This document shows positions 23,691-37,138 of a stretch of DNA of 64,000 nt, one piece after another (the first letter of the stretch is position 1; every line of letters begins with the position of its first letter). The notes under the pieces are model-generated. The model made no database searches, was not told the DNA's origin, and saw nothing but the letters and a program-made list of their open reading frames with translations. Origin of the DNA: Camelus dromedarius (taxonomy: Eukaryota). The stretch is taken from the NCBI RefSeq assembly GCF_036321535.1, contig NC_087438.1, forward strand, positions 1,862,001-1,926,000, read 5' to 3'. Made by a program: the position numbers and the translations under genes.

Positions 23691-25579
23691 CTCGGGGGGG
23701 ACTTGCTCTCTGGTCCTGTGAGGGGATGAGCTGGGTCAGCCAGATGCCACGTGCTGTGTGCTTGACACAGTGACTCAGGCACAGGACGACACCCAAGGGA
23801 GGGGAATTTGTGTGTCTGTTGCTAAGATTCTGTGCACCTGCGAATTTTATATACTTGGCTTCCTACACATACGTCAGGTAAAATAAAGCCTCACTAAAAT
23901 GCTCACGTGTGTGCCCAGCACATTTCCAGATTCTTCTGGAACCTTCTGCACAGTCTCTGTGGGTCTTTGGCAGCTTCATGGCCGGCAGCCAGGGCGGTCC
24001 TTGTCCCCCGAACTTCCGGGACAGTTCCTGGTGTCCTCCGAAGGATCAGGGCTGCTGTCTGCAGGGGACTCCGCTGCAAGGGTCGGGTCATCCTTGGTGG
24101 GAAACCACAGGACCCTGCCGGATTTACCCCTCCAGCCCCTGGGAGACTGCACTTGATGGACAAAGTTGGGGGCCTTGCCTGCAAGGCTCCCCTCCAGCTA
24201 TTTCAGGCCAGTACTGAGAGCATTAAGCAAATTGCAACCCTAGGGGAAGCTGCGAAGAGAAAGATGCAACATCAATCCTCCCTATGACTTAGGTCTTAAA
24301 AAGAAAAAAAAAGACTTGATGCAATCATCCGTGTCTACAGAAACTCCTTTCTTTAAGTCCGCAGACTGGTAATTGAACTTGCAAATGAATGCGGTCCCAG
24401 GCATCAGATAAGCCACCAGCCTCTTAAGTCAGCAGAGCCCGGCAAGCTTCGAGCACCATTTGACTGACGGCGGCCACTCGTGCCCCACGTCCCGCACGCA
24501 CGCTCTCTGCCCCTTGGGGGCCCCACCCCCCCACTGTCCACAGCAGTGCGGTGATGCGGGGGCAGCGTGCACAGGGGAAGGCACGGGCCCCAGGGAGCAC
24601 GCAGATCCTGTTGGGACTTTCCTGTCCCCAAACTCCAGAGAAGCCTCCCCGCTGGCTCTGAGTCTGCGTGCCCCATTGAGAACGCTCAGGGATGCCCTGA
24701 AAGGGCCCGTCAGTGCCTGTTCCCCGAGCAGCCGGCCGCGCACTGGGCCTGAGGGAGAGGCGGCGTCTGTTCTTGGAGGACGCTGCTTACCTGCGCCCCT
24801 CCCTGTGCCCGGCCCAGCGCTTCTCCTCGCAGGAGCAGCCGGGCTGGCCTGTGAGCGAGGGAGGGGCCAGGCGGGTCTCCTGGGGCTTCTGCAACCAGTC
24901 CCAACCCGGGCAGCTCAAAGCATGGCTTACTCCCTCGCAGTCTGGAAGCCAGCGGCCAGATACCAAGGCGTTGACACTGCCGGGTTCCTTCCCGAGGCCC
25001 TGGAGAAGGAACTCTGCCAGCTTCTGATGGGCCTGGTGCTCCCAGACCGGCCACGGCGCTCCTCGGGTTCGGCCTGCTTCTCCCCGGGGCCGTCCTCCCT
25101 CTGCGTCTGCGTGCTCCCACATTCCTCCAGGACAGTAATCCCCGGACGTGCTGGTGACACGCAGGCGCTGTCCTGTAACGCAGGAGTCACACCCACAACA
25201 GAAGGCGACGCTTACCAGCTACGGAGTGTGGGGTGAGAGGTGCTGTCCTGTCCACGGCCTCCCTTGCCCAGAGTTTATCATGGCACCCAAGAGGCTTCCT
25301 GAGGTTTGTCCTCGACGCTGCCTGAGCTCCAGGCCAGTCCTGTCCACCGCGTGTGCAGGGCGGCCACAGCCCCGCAGGGAGCCGGCAGCGGAGACCAGAG
25401 ACGTCTAACACCTTAGGACATATTTGCTTCTGTTCTACATACAATTTAAACCAAATAGACTCTTGGCTTAAATCTCATAGATCACTTGGTTGGCTTATTA
25501 TTGACTCAAATGTGAGAAATACAATAAAAAATAATTCTAAGACAAAAAAGAATCCAAAACCCTCTCTGTTCAATTTCTT

Positions 25580-25848
25580 TCTTTTTTTTTTTTTTGAAGT
25601 CTAGTCAGTTACAATGTGTCAATCTCTGGTGCACAGCATCCTGTTTCAGTCATACATGTGCATATATATTCGTTTTCATATCCTTTTTCATCACAGGTTA
25701 CTGCAAGACATTGAATATAGCTCCTTGTCTATACTGAAGAAATGTGGGTTTTGTCTATTTTATGTATGTAGTTAGTATCTGCATGTCTCGAACTCCCAAG
25801 TTAGCCCTTCCCACTCTCTTTCCCCTGGTAACCATAAGTTTGTTTACT
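25580..25848 (-). mobile_element. L1 3' UTR fragment (camelid-type)
   Basis: Poly(T) followed by 'gaagtctagtcagttacaatgtgtcaat...gtatctgcatgtctcgaactccc...cccctggtaaccataagtttg'. Confidence 0.88.
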
Positions 25849-26321
25849 GAAATAGTGAAGCAAGAAAAACAAAAGACATTCTGCTGATGAAAACACCTGG
25901 CTTCCGTGTCCCCCTGAGCTCAGGAGGGACACATACGTGAGGTCGAGCCTGGCAATCTGGAGGTTTGGGACACCGAGCCAGACAGCACGGCACCTGCCTT
26001 TACAGTCCAGAGGGTCCCCCGGCTGCGAGGAGGACGAAGCCAAGAGGCGACATTCAGCCTTGCGGGGCTGGTACCTACACGCCAGACTGCAGGTACACAT
26101 GCTGGCTCTCGTGCCACAGAGGTGTCACAGCTATTTTATGCATAAGTGGACTGGGGAGAGAAACTCTGACCTGGATGTGCCACTGAGATATTCTGGATGG
26201 CCCCCCTTTTGCTCTCCCCGAGCTCTGAATTCTGCCCTGCCTCGTGGAGGTGATGCCTCTGGGACAGCCACTCCCAGAGATAATTTTGCCTGAATTGCTT
26301 TTATGAAGCAAAGAGGGAAGA

Positions 26322-26322
<1 letters not shown>

Positions 26323-26352
<30 letters not shown>
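26323..26352 (+). repeat. Poly(A) run (30 nt)
   Basis: Visible directly. Confidence 0.95.
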
Positions 26353-26358
<6 letters not shown>

Positions 26359-29300
26359 ACATGATGCTTTTGAAAATGAGTTTAAATGAGCTTCTTAGCT
26401 TCTTGCAAAGATTTGTGTTTACCCACATAATATTAAGCGTTCAGACCATCTTGCCAAATGGAGCACCTTTGGAAATTAGTATTCTTGGAACAGATGACTT
26501 GAGTATCAGGGCATTAGGTTTTCTGGCAACGCGATGCTGTTGAAGGGGGAGTATCATTACTCTTTAGGGCGAGATGCAAAGAGAAGCGGGACTCCATCCA
26601 GGAGCATCCATGGCTGGCTTTCAGATACACTTGTACCAGTCGTCCTTGAAGCAGCGCTCCTGTGCGTTACAGATCACCCCAAACATCCCCAGACAGTATC
26701 TATGTGAGAATAAATATTGGCTTCATGTAGAATAAAATTGCGCTAACATTTTGGGCAATTAAAAGATAAAACACGTATAGCTGATGGAAACAAAAAGAAG
26801 CCCTTTTTTTTCTTTCAAGTACTGAATACATTTTTTTTCTTTAGGGTTTTGAATATAAAAACCAGCAGAACACAGACATCAGGGCAGCACCTAATTGGAA
26901 TGTTGTTGCACATCGGAGAGTCATCGCATCAGAAAGGGAAGCCCAGGCCGCAGGGTTACAGCTCTGCCCGTGGAGCTGGCGTGTCCACACGCCTTACCTT
27001 CAGCCGAAGCGACCCACAAAAATGAGTAATGTCACTCGAGGAGCAATGGGTTAATTTCAAAATGAAAAACAACGCACACATTCAGTTTTAATGTAACTCA
27101 TCTCTTCTGATAAGCATAGAGCAATTCATATTATGTTTACATTAAAATAAAATTGTGGTTGGAATGCACCTGCCATTAATATATTTGCTGCCACAAACGC
27201 TGAGCCAGCAGTGGGGACGTTAAACTTCTGCTGAAGCAGAGGGAACAGCCGTTTGTGCTCTCGGCCTCTGTGGCTGACGGCTTTGGAGGGAGCTGGGCAG
27301 CGACAGACGAGGCATGAAGCAGACCTGTGCGGCGAGGCAGGCTGTCCGGCTGTGCCGTGGAAACCAGAGACGGGTGTCAAGCAGCCGTGCCCATCTCCCG
27401 TGTTTCCCTTACTTTCATGTTTACATTTAGTTTCGGTAGAATAATTTATAAAAAGCTCGAGCTTCAAAATGGCCCTAGGATGTCTACTTAGTGAAATAAA
27501 CTTTGCAAATCTTGTGTCTCTGTCCCTCTCCCGTCTCCATGTGTATGCGTAGCTATCCCCCGTCTGCGTCTATGCATCTACACCCGTATTAACGTCTGTA
27601 TGTACATCCGGACCCATTTTACGCCCGTGCCTGCACCTGAGCCCCTACTCCCAGGCTGCACGACCATCGCAGTGAGAAGTCTGATGAAAATGCACGGCAG
27701 CTACTCAGAATGACTGAGTTACCGGAAGCCCCTCTCTTTTTTCTTTTCTCACAGCAGTCATAAATATCAAAATATATGTTGTGCGTGCCTTTTCCAAGGT
27801 TTCAGAAGAGTTGAACTAAGTTCGTAATGGAAATCACTGTTTGCTCAGATAAAACAAATAACGCTGGGGCTTCTCAGTGCCTGGACAGGGGCTGGAGTGG
27901 ACTTGCAAAGGTAAACGGGAAGGCGGGACTGTTAACCCATCACTTCAAGCGTGATGCTATGCAAATAGGTTATCAGTTCTCCAGCAGGTCTGAACGGAGC
28001 TGCGAATTCAGAACCACAGCCGGCGTCATGATCTCCGGCCCTGAGAGCTCTTTCTTGCTCAAGCCCAGCGCGGTTGCCAGACAACAAGCTGGAGTTCAGT
28101 CGGAGTTGCTGGGTTTTCAGGCACCCTTGTTGAACTTTTACCAAACACACACACTCAGGAAGCTCCTTCACTAAATCAGCAGAGCCCCCTGGGCGTGAGG
28201 CTCCACTGATGTTCGCAGCCGGTATCTGGCCAGTTCCTTTTGGCCTCTATTCATGTGCGGCTTAAAGAGCTGGCTTTTTGGATCGATTAATTTCAAGAGG
28301 GCCGGAAGGATCACTGAGTATGATTTTCAGGTCCAATTCCATACGCGGGTCCCTGTCTCAGAGTCTACCATCAGGGGCTTCCTTTCACGCGAAGTTCGTG
28401 GCGGGACGACTGTGCCTTCTCCGGGGTTTTCTGGAGGAGAAGGGGTTCCGCCTCCAGACAGTGGCAGCAGCTCCTGCCCGAGTTCCCAGCCTGCTGGCCT
28501 GCCCGGGGGACCTCCGGCTTGCTGGCCTCCCAATTGTGTGTTCTAACTCCTTAAAGAAAATTTAGTTTTTGTTAAAAAAGAAGATATTTTATATCTATAT
28601 ACAGCTATATGTGGAATACATGTATATAGTAAATAGACAGATTCATAGATAGATAGACAGACAATGACGAACTTCTATTAAAACAAAGGGGAGAGCCATT
28701 CACTTCTCTTAGTTTTTACTGTCCTGGTATCTCAGTCTCTGTCCATCCATCTTTTCTTCTGTCGGCCCCGCTTCTCTGGGGAACCTTGGCTTATGCACGA
28801 TCCAAGGCCGAGTCCCTCCCCCAGGCGAGGGAGAAGGACCCACAGTGGAGAGCAGAAGTTTCTGTGTCTCAGACAGGTCCTCGCCTGTCACCTTGGGAAG
28901 AACCACTTAGCTGCCTGCGGACTTCGCGGTCACGGACCAGGACTCAGCCGGGTGTCTGGGGGGAAGCAGGAGGCAGAGACTGCCTGTCCTTCACGCCCCC
29001 AGGGACGCTGAACGTTTGCTTTGTATCCACGGTCTACGAGGACAAAAGGAAGTGCAGTGGAGCTCTCAACGCCCCTTCCGCCCTCACAGCCGCAGGTGCC
29101 CTCGGTAGCTCCAGGCGCCTCTGGGCATCCTCCCCTTTACTGAGGCCACGGGAGAGGCCCGCACACAGCCCGCACTAAGGGCTGCCCAAAAGACCAGCGC
29201 CGCCTCCGGTGTCACGGTCAGCTGCGCTCGCCGGGGCCATCTGACTCCGGGCCCCCAGAGGTGTGCTCGCTGGAGCTCCCGCAGGGCACACTTCGTACCC

Positions 29301-29424
29301 ACTGGGCCATCCCAGCCAGCTGGGTCTGCGCTTTTAAGCCTGGTCTGGTTTCACCCCACAGACGTGGGAGGAACCACAGGCCGTTCGCTGCGGGCAGCTG
29401 GTTGGGACCAAGTAAGCCACGGCG

Positions 29425-29837
29425 CCTTTTGGGGCTGCTGTGACAGATCCGCGTGACCCAGCAGAGGCGCCTTGCTCACAGCTCTGCAGCCGAGAAGTCT
29501 GAGACCCAGTGTTGGCCGGGGCACCTCCCTCAGAAGGCTCAGAGAAGAGCCCCCTGACCCTCCGCTGCCGCTGGTCCCCGCCAATCCTGGGCGTCCCCTG
29601 GCTGTAGCCGCATCCCTCCCACCCTGGCTCCATCACCACGTGGTCCTGCCTCTCTGGGTCTCTGTCTCATCTTCAAGCAAGGACTCCCCCGATTGGATCA
29701 CGGTTCACCCCCATCCAGGATGACCTCACCTTAACTAGTTATGCCAGCAGACTGTTTCTAAGTGAGGTCACTTTCTGAGGTTCCAGGTAGAGATGAGTCT
29801 GGTGGGGGGGGGGGCAGGCACTGTTCATCCCAACACA
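29425..29837 (-). mobile_element. MaLR solo LTR (MLT1-like)
   Basis: 'ctcacagctctgcagccgagaagtctgagacc', 'caggatgacctcaccttaactagtta' and 'tttctaagtgaggtcactttctgaggttccagg', ending in ...cccaacaca. Confidence 0.8.
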
Positions 29838-32800
29838 GGAAACCCAAGCTGGTTCCCTAATCACCACAGCAGGCAGTCAGGAATGTGGAGGAAATGCGGG
29901 TGCCCGGGGTGCCTGCTCCCTCAGGATCTGTCTCAGGGAGGCCAGGGCGAGGGGCTGGGCACTCTGCTCTGCCGGCAGTGAAGGGCTCCCAGAACACAGG
30001 TTTTCAGCGCTGAAGCCAGGACAGCCCTGGGCAAACTGGTCGCCTGCAGACCCCTCTCCTAAGCCCCGTGGCCGCAGGAGACATCTCTGTCCAGCCCGGC
30101 CCCAGCCTCTTTCTCTTCGGGGGAACCGTGTCCTCTCTGACCAGCTCCGTCCTCTGCTTGGGTCTCAGCTTTGCTCAGCCTCCCATCTTCTCCGTCCACC
30201 GCCCGTGCCTCTGCCCAGCTGTGCTGGTTGGTCCCCACACTCAGCGTCCCCACAGGAGCGTCTGCTGCCGCCGCTGGGCTTTCTTTGCCGTCCGTCACCC
30301 TCTGTCATCCGCCCACGGCCCCTTTTGCCTTCCTTATTTCCTTATTTCCTGCGGGATGGCTGAACGGTAGAGTTATGAGCACATGGAGCTAAAAAGGAGG
30401 ATAATCTCTCAAATTTTTCTGCTTTTAAGTTTTCGCCTGTTCTTTCATCTTTAGAGAGCGCTAAGGAAATGGTCCCTGTTCTACCAAAAGGAACATGTAA
30501 CGTTTAGTAAGTCCAGCGAGGAGAACGATGGAGCCCTCCTCTCCGCCCCCACGGGGCTGGACCACAGCTCAGAAGATGCGAGAAGCCCTCGCCTTTTCTT
30601 AGAAGGAGGCCTCACCTCTGACAGCTCAAGTTGCTTGTGGACGTGGTTCCACTTATCCCAGTGTCAGTTCCCTGGGGAGTCACTGCTCTGTTCTACTGAC
30701 CCACCTACCCGACAGGTCAGGCTGCAGCATGGCGTGGTGATTTATGGAGACCCCTTCTAAATTCTGCTTCCTTCAACCAAGTAGAACCACAGGGTCTGGG
30801 CTTGGAGAAAACAAATCCTGAGCAGCTTAATGGAACCTTTTTATGTTCCACAGCTTAGTCAGCGAAAGCCCTCATTGGCTCTTTGGTGCCGCGGGGTCCC
30901 ACCCAGCGCGGCAGTGCCCTCCTGGCTCAGTGGGCGCCTGTGCGGACAGCCCTGCGTCAGGACCCCGGCACGCGCCTGCCACGCTGAGTCTACACTGGTG
31001 TTCTGGGGAGGCCACGGCGGGGTGGGAACCTGCCTGGAGCAGCTGTAGCTTGTCCAGGTAAGTCTTTTCAACTCTAGGGAAGTTAGGTCCACACCAGTCG
31101 ACACGATGTGTGATCAACGAGCAAGAACGACGGTTGCGAGAGGCTTTGCTGAGGCCCTAGAGGGTTCTTTCCGCAGCAATGCACGTCTCGGGCAAAACGC
31201 CTGGCGAAGAAGATGCTCCCCACCCGTGAGTCCCACCACCCAGAGGGCAGACGCCTCACAGCGCGGAGGGCACTCTGAGACCTTTCATCCCTCGGGGACC
31301 AGCGGGCCCCCCACCAGTGGGGCAGTGCGGGGGCGGCGGGTCCAACAACAGCCCCTGCTGTGGTGAGAGAGGACTCGCCTGCGTAGGGAAGTCAGACCTG
31401 GTGGAAATGAGAGCTTCTTCAACCGCCTTCTAAGCCTCTGGCAAGGGAGGCTGATTTTCAGGATGACTTTCCGTGAGAGCAGGTTCACTGAGGCTGAGAT
31501 CCCCCCCCCCAAGTATTTTCCCTCTAAAACATCTTGAATACTTACCACTTTTGCTTTTGTGTTTTTTATTATTCTTACAATACCTAAGATTTTCAAGAGA
31601 ACTTGGACTTTGCAAACCTCTCCCATACCTGTTAATGCCCTCATCCTCCTGACGGTCCAGTCTGTAGTGAGTGATTTGGGAAGGGGTGCATCGCTGACAA
31701 CCCAGGGGTGATACAGATGGTGGTCGGACACTGCAGAGGCCTCGGCCAGGATAGCAAGGTGATGGCCAGGCTCATGAGAGCGCCCACCAGAGCTCATTGC
31801 ATGGAATTGAATGGATGTAGAATTCCGCATTCCCACGGGCGGTCCTGGAAATGCACCACAACCAGAGCTGTGAGCCGGTCCAGCCAGGCTGGTGTGGACC
31901 AGAATCAGCTCTGCAGAGCCCTGGGCTTGGCACAGCTCCCGACTGAGGCTCCGGGCCCTTCCTGCAGGCAGGACCTACCTGGGAGGCAAGCATCTTTGGC
32001 TCTAAAACACACACACCCCTTCAAACCTTCTGTGGCACTGCTGCCCCAAGTGTGGACAGTAATAGGGCTGGGTGGGGGGCATGTGCGGGATGCGCAGAGG
32101 GGATCTTGAGCAAATAAGCTCAAAATCCCGCATCAAACCCAGTTTAAGGGACATCAGGACCCTCAGAGCCTTCACTCTGTTGATGACATTCCAGTCCTCC
32201 TGGAGGAAGACTGGCTGCAGGCTGCTTTCCAAACACCCCTGCCGTGGAGCCCCCGGTGCACGGAGCGTCCCGAGAGCAGGGGCACGCTTCCTGGGAGAGG
32301 TGGCTTGCTCGGTTCCCGCTCACCTGGGGAAGCTGTGGCAGTTATGATGGCTTCTTGAGGGAGCAGATGAAGTGTGTGCAGAGGCTGGCACGTGGCCGGG
32401 GACAAGACTCCAGCAGCTCCCTAGTGAGGGCATGTCCACCCAGGCCCAGTTTATCAATTCTCAAAGGACTGCGTGGTCTTAACAAGCGGGCAGCCGTCAC
32501 CCCCTCACGCTGGTGGGGCCGCACCGCTCCTGGGTGGCTGCAGCCGTAAGGGTGTGGGTGCTTTACTAGGCACCGTGTGACCCCATCCGGTGTGTGTCCC
32601 CTGTGCTCTGGGGCATGGACTGTGCGAGACGTGAATTCGACCAGAAGCAGCGGACTTGGGTCTTGCCATCTGTTGTGCCGTCACCATCTTTCTCCGTGAG
32701 TCTTTTCTGGGTGTGGCTCTTTGCTGTCTGTGTACGTGTGTGAGTCTGAGTGCGTGCGTTTGTAGAAGCTGGAAGTGGGCACTTAACCCAGCACAAGACT

Positions 32801-34040
32801 GACCCTTGAACCTGAGAGGCGTGGCCACACGAGGTAGAAATGACAGTAGCTGGTGAAGGTCTTGGTTTTCCCTCCCAAGCGCCCTGTCACACCCGAGTGC
32901 TGGGGGTTGGTGGACGTGCCAGCCCCTGTCCCTCAGTGTCAGGGCCGCAAGCCAGCCCCCACCCCCCCACGTTCTTTGCAGCAAACTCCTTCCCCCCAGT
33001 TCAGATCATTCACGACCCTGATGCTGTCAAAAGGGTCGACCAGATATATATGTTGTACCTACTTTTCTGCATATAACTGCATTTTCTAAATTTAGAGCAA
33101 CCTTCTGAGATTTAAAGACAGCCTTGACATTTTTATCTTAATTTTGTCTCATTCCTCCGAAGTTGTTTAAAACATTACAATGAGACACGGAGTATAAGAG
33201 TTGAAGGACCCAGTTAAATTGACAGTGATATAAATGAGTCTGTCCTTTTGGGGGAAAGTCTAATTATTGAGGGTTAAATACTCTGCTTCTTTCTAAAAAT
33301 ACTAAGCTCGAATTCAGAAGGAAGGTTCCCAGGATGCGGTGACGACAGCTGGCAGCAAGGCGCGGCTCTGCGTGTTTTCTCCACGCGCGTCCTCATTATA
33401 ATGTAGATCCATGGTTAGCCAGGCCGGTGCGGTCTGGAGCAGCAATAGATGTAGCTCAGCAGATCGTAATGAAAACAGAATATTCTATGGAGTTAAAAAT
33501 CAATAGATTTTAGCCAGTCTTATGCTAATGAACTACTCTGATTTCTTTATCAGTCTCTTGGGGGTTTGAGAAAATTACACCGCCCTCCTCCCCGCAAAGT
33601 CGGCTCAGCGCTTTCCTGGTGGGTCTTTCTGAGGCCCCTTTTCAAGCCCCCGCGGTGGCTGGTTGAAGCTGGAAGGCTCGGGCAGCCGTATTGATTTAAA
33701 GACACATTTGTTCTCTTCTGTTCAGAGAGAATGCCTAGCCAGAATTGCAGGATGCTCATAATTGGATTCGGCGTGTTTTGTGTGAACTAACTAGGAGTTT
33801 TCCCCTCGCCTGCTTGGTCTTTTTGTCCCCTCAGCTATTCTAATCCCTTTATTCCACGAAGCTAGAACGTACGATTCATTGTTTTCTTTTTAAATATTTG
33901 ACAGCGCACTTTCAGCCAGATTGGGGGGCTGGGGACGCGTTAAGAGAAACGCTGAAATACTGGTCTGGCTCCTCTCTGCCTCCTTCAGTATTCGTCTTGT
34001 AAACGTTCCTGTACCTTTCCCCCTCCTCCCCTGCTTCCAG

Positions 34041-34078
34041 CACGCACGCACGCACACACACACACACACACACACACA
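34041..34078. repeat. (CACG)n(CA)n microsatellite
   Basis: Visible directly. Confidence 0.95.
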
Positions 34079-36269
34079 GCTCCTACTGACCTCGGGGCAC
34101 ACATTTGTGTTTCTAAAGGATCTGACCAGATCTTTAACCGATAATCTTGTATTTCGTTAATACTATACTCTGGTTCGCAAAGGGATGCCAGTTGGTGCGA
34201 GTTACCGTCTAGCCCAGTCTCAGGTTAAACCCAATTACTGAAGGCTTGATTTGACTCAGCATTCTAGAAGTGTTTGATCTGAGTGAAGCAGAATTTCTGG
34301 AACTCAGAAAGCCTGAGACTGATTCTACTCTGCCTTTGTGCGGCTGGGTTCCCCCAGCCCTGAGCCCCTTTTGAAGTCAGTGGGAGCCCTGAGCCAGGCC
34401 GGCTCTGCGGAGCCGGGCAGGGAGGGGAGGAGCGGACCCCTGGGATGGCCGTGGAAGGGGAGAGGAGCTCTGCAGGGAAGCTGGGCCAGCCCGGGTGGAG
34501 CAAAGAGGTGGACGTGGGGAAGAAGCGTCGTATGCAGGGAGCGCAGCATGGTCACAAGATGGAAAACAAAGGGGCTGGAGACCCTCCTGCACCTGGCGGA
34601 GGCTCACGGGTGAGTGTAAACAAGGAGACCGGTGTAAACCAACTGGCAGTGACTGTCTACTGAATTTTAAGAAAATGTCTTAAAATACTAAAATTGTTAA
34701 AGCATTAATCCAGGCGGATCATGTTCCTAGGTGCTGTTCCCTGACTGTGATATCATGTATTCATTTTAATTGAGGTCACATGGAACGATCAGCAGAGCAC
34801 TGTTTAAGGGTGCCAGGCAGCCTGCGGCTGAGACGCAGCGTCTCGGCGCTTTGGGGGCGCTTCCCCTCCAGCACCAGGGAAGTGCTTCTTCGCAGGTGGA
34901 CTGTGAGCGCATAGAAGGCAGGACCGTGTTTTTATTTTAAAAGCTCAAAGTAATGCACCTTCTAAAATTAAGCAACTGTAATCTCTACACGTATGCAAAG
35001 AACTGAGGACATAGGTCCATGGCCACCTTCTGTGGGACCTGAAGACCACAAACAGATTAAGATGAAAGTTTGGGTCAGAGTCAGGGCCCTGGTGGGCAGT
35101 CACCCAACGGGGGCACTTCGGCCGAAAGAAGGAAGATGAAGGATACCTTTGGTGAAGAGATGCCATCGCTGCCTACAGGAGGGTAGTAACTACCTTCATC
35201 GTTGCCAGCACATCGGCCCACCAGCTTTCCTCCTCGGCTCATCGGAGGTTCATGCTCAGAACATCTTATGGCCACAGGTAACCCTGGACAGTCCGTCTCT
35301 CTGCTGCTGGGAGCGGTGCTGTCCTGCGGAGCCTGGGCAGGTGCCCAGAGCCCAAGAGCGACTTGTGCCCCAGAGCCTTGTAAACGGCTCCGTGACCTGA
35401 GAGCAGTGCCTGCCTGTGTGCTGGTCTCCCTGGGCTTTTGCATGAGAAAAGCGTTAGGCATTTCTGCTCCAATTCCAAAAACCCATGACCTGAAAGTTCA
35501 GACAAGCTGTGTGGTGATTGCGACCTGAGAGTGAAAGTCTTGTGTTTGAGCAGCCTCTCCCGCCTGCTGCCTGTTCACTGAGCTCTGGATTCGAGGGATC
35601 TACAGGTTTCCCTCCAGCTCAAGGGCAGCGATGGACTAGCCCCCCGCCCCTGTCCTGGTCGTCATCCCCTCCCGCCATAGGATGGTGCTGCCGGAGTCTC
35701 AGGAGAAGGCTCTGTGCTGCCCCAACCCCGTGGAGACAGCACCCACTCCTAGCAGACCGTCTGTGTCCTTCACACACCCAGCACTTTTGTGACTCATCAG
35801 GGAGAAGTTGGGGGTCACCCTGTCGTGGGTTCGTTTGCTCCGTTTCACTCAGATTCTGAGCAAAATGGCACTTGTTCTCTAAGATTTCCCTCAAGTCTTA
35901 GATGGCTGGAAACCCCCCTGGTTGGAGACGCCGTATCAGCCTGGATGTGGGTGACCAGTATCTCACGGGGGCGGAACGTGGACCTGTGCGTCAGGGATGG
36001 ACTTGCCAGCCTGTAGGAAGTAGCCTCCGTGTGGGTCCCCGTGGCCCCAGGGCTGTGCCCGTGCCTGTGCGGTTGCACACGCACGTGTGTGTGTTGCAAT
36101 AATGAGTGTGAACCCTGAGAGAGTCCTCCGCTGCTCCGTCCTGCGTGGCGCGCTGAGACCCAGCTGCCTGCTTCCTTCCCCCCGATGCCCGCGCTCACAG
36201 GCGCGGCACAGAGAGGCGACAGAGCACATTGGAGAAACCGGCCGTGTGGGCGCCAGTGGGAGGGCTGAC

Positions 36270-36445
36270 ACTGGACAAGTCACTGACGATCTTTGTTCTT
36301 CTGCTTTCTAAGCCCCCAGAAGGGAATAATCATAATATACTTCACCGTGAACTGCGGTGAAGTGAGCCACACGCTGCATGCAAAGCGCTTCGCGAAGGAC
36401 CCGGCACAGAGCGGACGCCCAGCAAGCCTCGCCCGCTGTCGTCAT
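36270..36445 (+). mobile_element. MIR SINE, strongly GC-shifted
   Basis: 'ggacaagtcactga...gggaataatcataata...gcatgcaaagcgcttcgcgaaggacccggcacagagc' follows the MIR core and 3' motif order. Confidence 0.65.
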
Positions 36446-36637
36446 CACGTGAGAACCTGCCTCGCTTACTTGTTTAGTTTTGGTGGGGGCAGCGGGGGAG
36501 GAGGTGTTAACTGGTCTCCTATAACTTTTTTTAATGATCTGTTATCTGAATTTCTCTCTTACCTGAATTTTCTTTATTTTTTTCCTTTTACGGTCCTGAG
36601 AATGTAGCATAAACTGCAAACAAACTGCTCAGTCCCA

Positions 36638-37138
36638 ATATTCAGCCTTAAAAAAAGAAGGGGTCCTGTCCTGCGACAACACGGATGAGCCTGGAGGGCA
36701 TCATGCTCAGTGAAACGCGCCAGGCGGGGAAGGGCAAGCACTGTGTCATCTCTTACATGCGAAAGCCGGCAGGAGGTGGACTGAAGGAAGAGCAGGGTAG
36801 AGTGGCGGGCGGAGGAAACGAGGGGAGGCTGGCCCAGGACAAGCAGGCGCTGAGGGCGCGGGGCGCGGCCCAGGGACCCACCCACGGACACCGCGCTGTC
36901 CGCCTGAAGTCTGCCGAGACAGTGAATCTTAGGTGTCCTCACCACACACACACTCACACACACTCTCACACGCGACACTCACAGGCACGCGTGCGCACAC
37001 ACACACACTCACACGCAAGGTGACCATGCCAGTTGATGGGTGTGTTTATCAACCCGAGTGTTATAATCATTTATAGACACATATAAACATCACATTGTAC
37101 ACCTCAGATGTATATAATTTTTATTAAAAAAATTAAAA
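36638..37138 (+). mobile_element. Old L1 (L1MA/L1MB-like) 3' end, GC-shifted, with internal (CA)-rich repeat
   Basis: 'attcagccttaaaaaaagaag...gcgacaacacggatgagcctggagggcatcatgctcagtgaaa' and 'aaacatcacattgtacacct...atataattttt', followed by an A-rich end. Confidence 0.8.

Noticed and set aside
24460..25236. 258-aa ORF
   Set aside because: Non-ATG start in very GC-rich DNA with overlapping ORFs in most frames, a Pro/Ala/Gly/Leu-rich composition and no domain.
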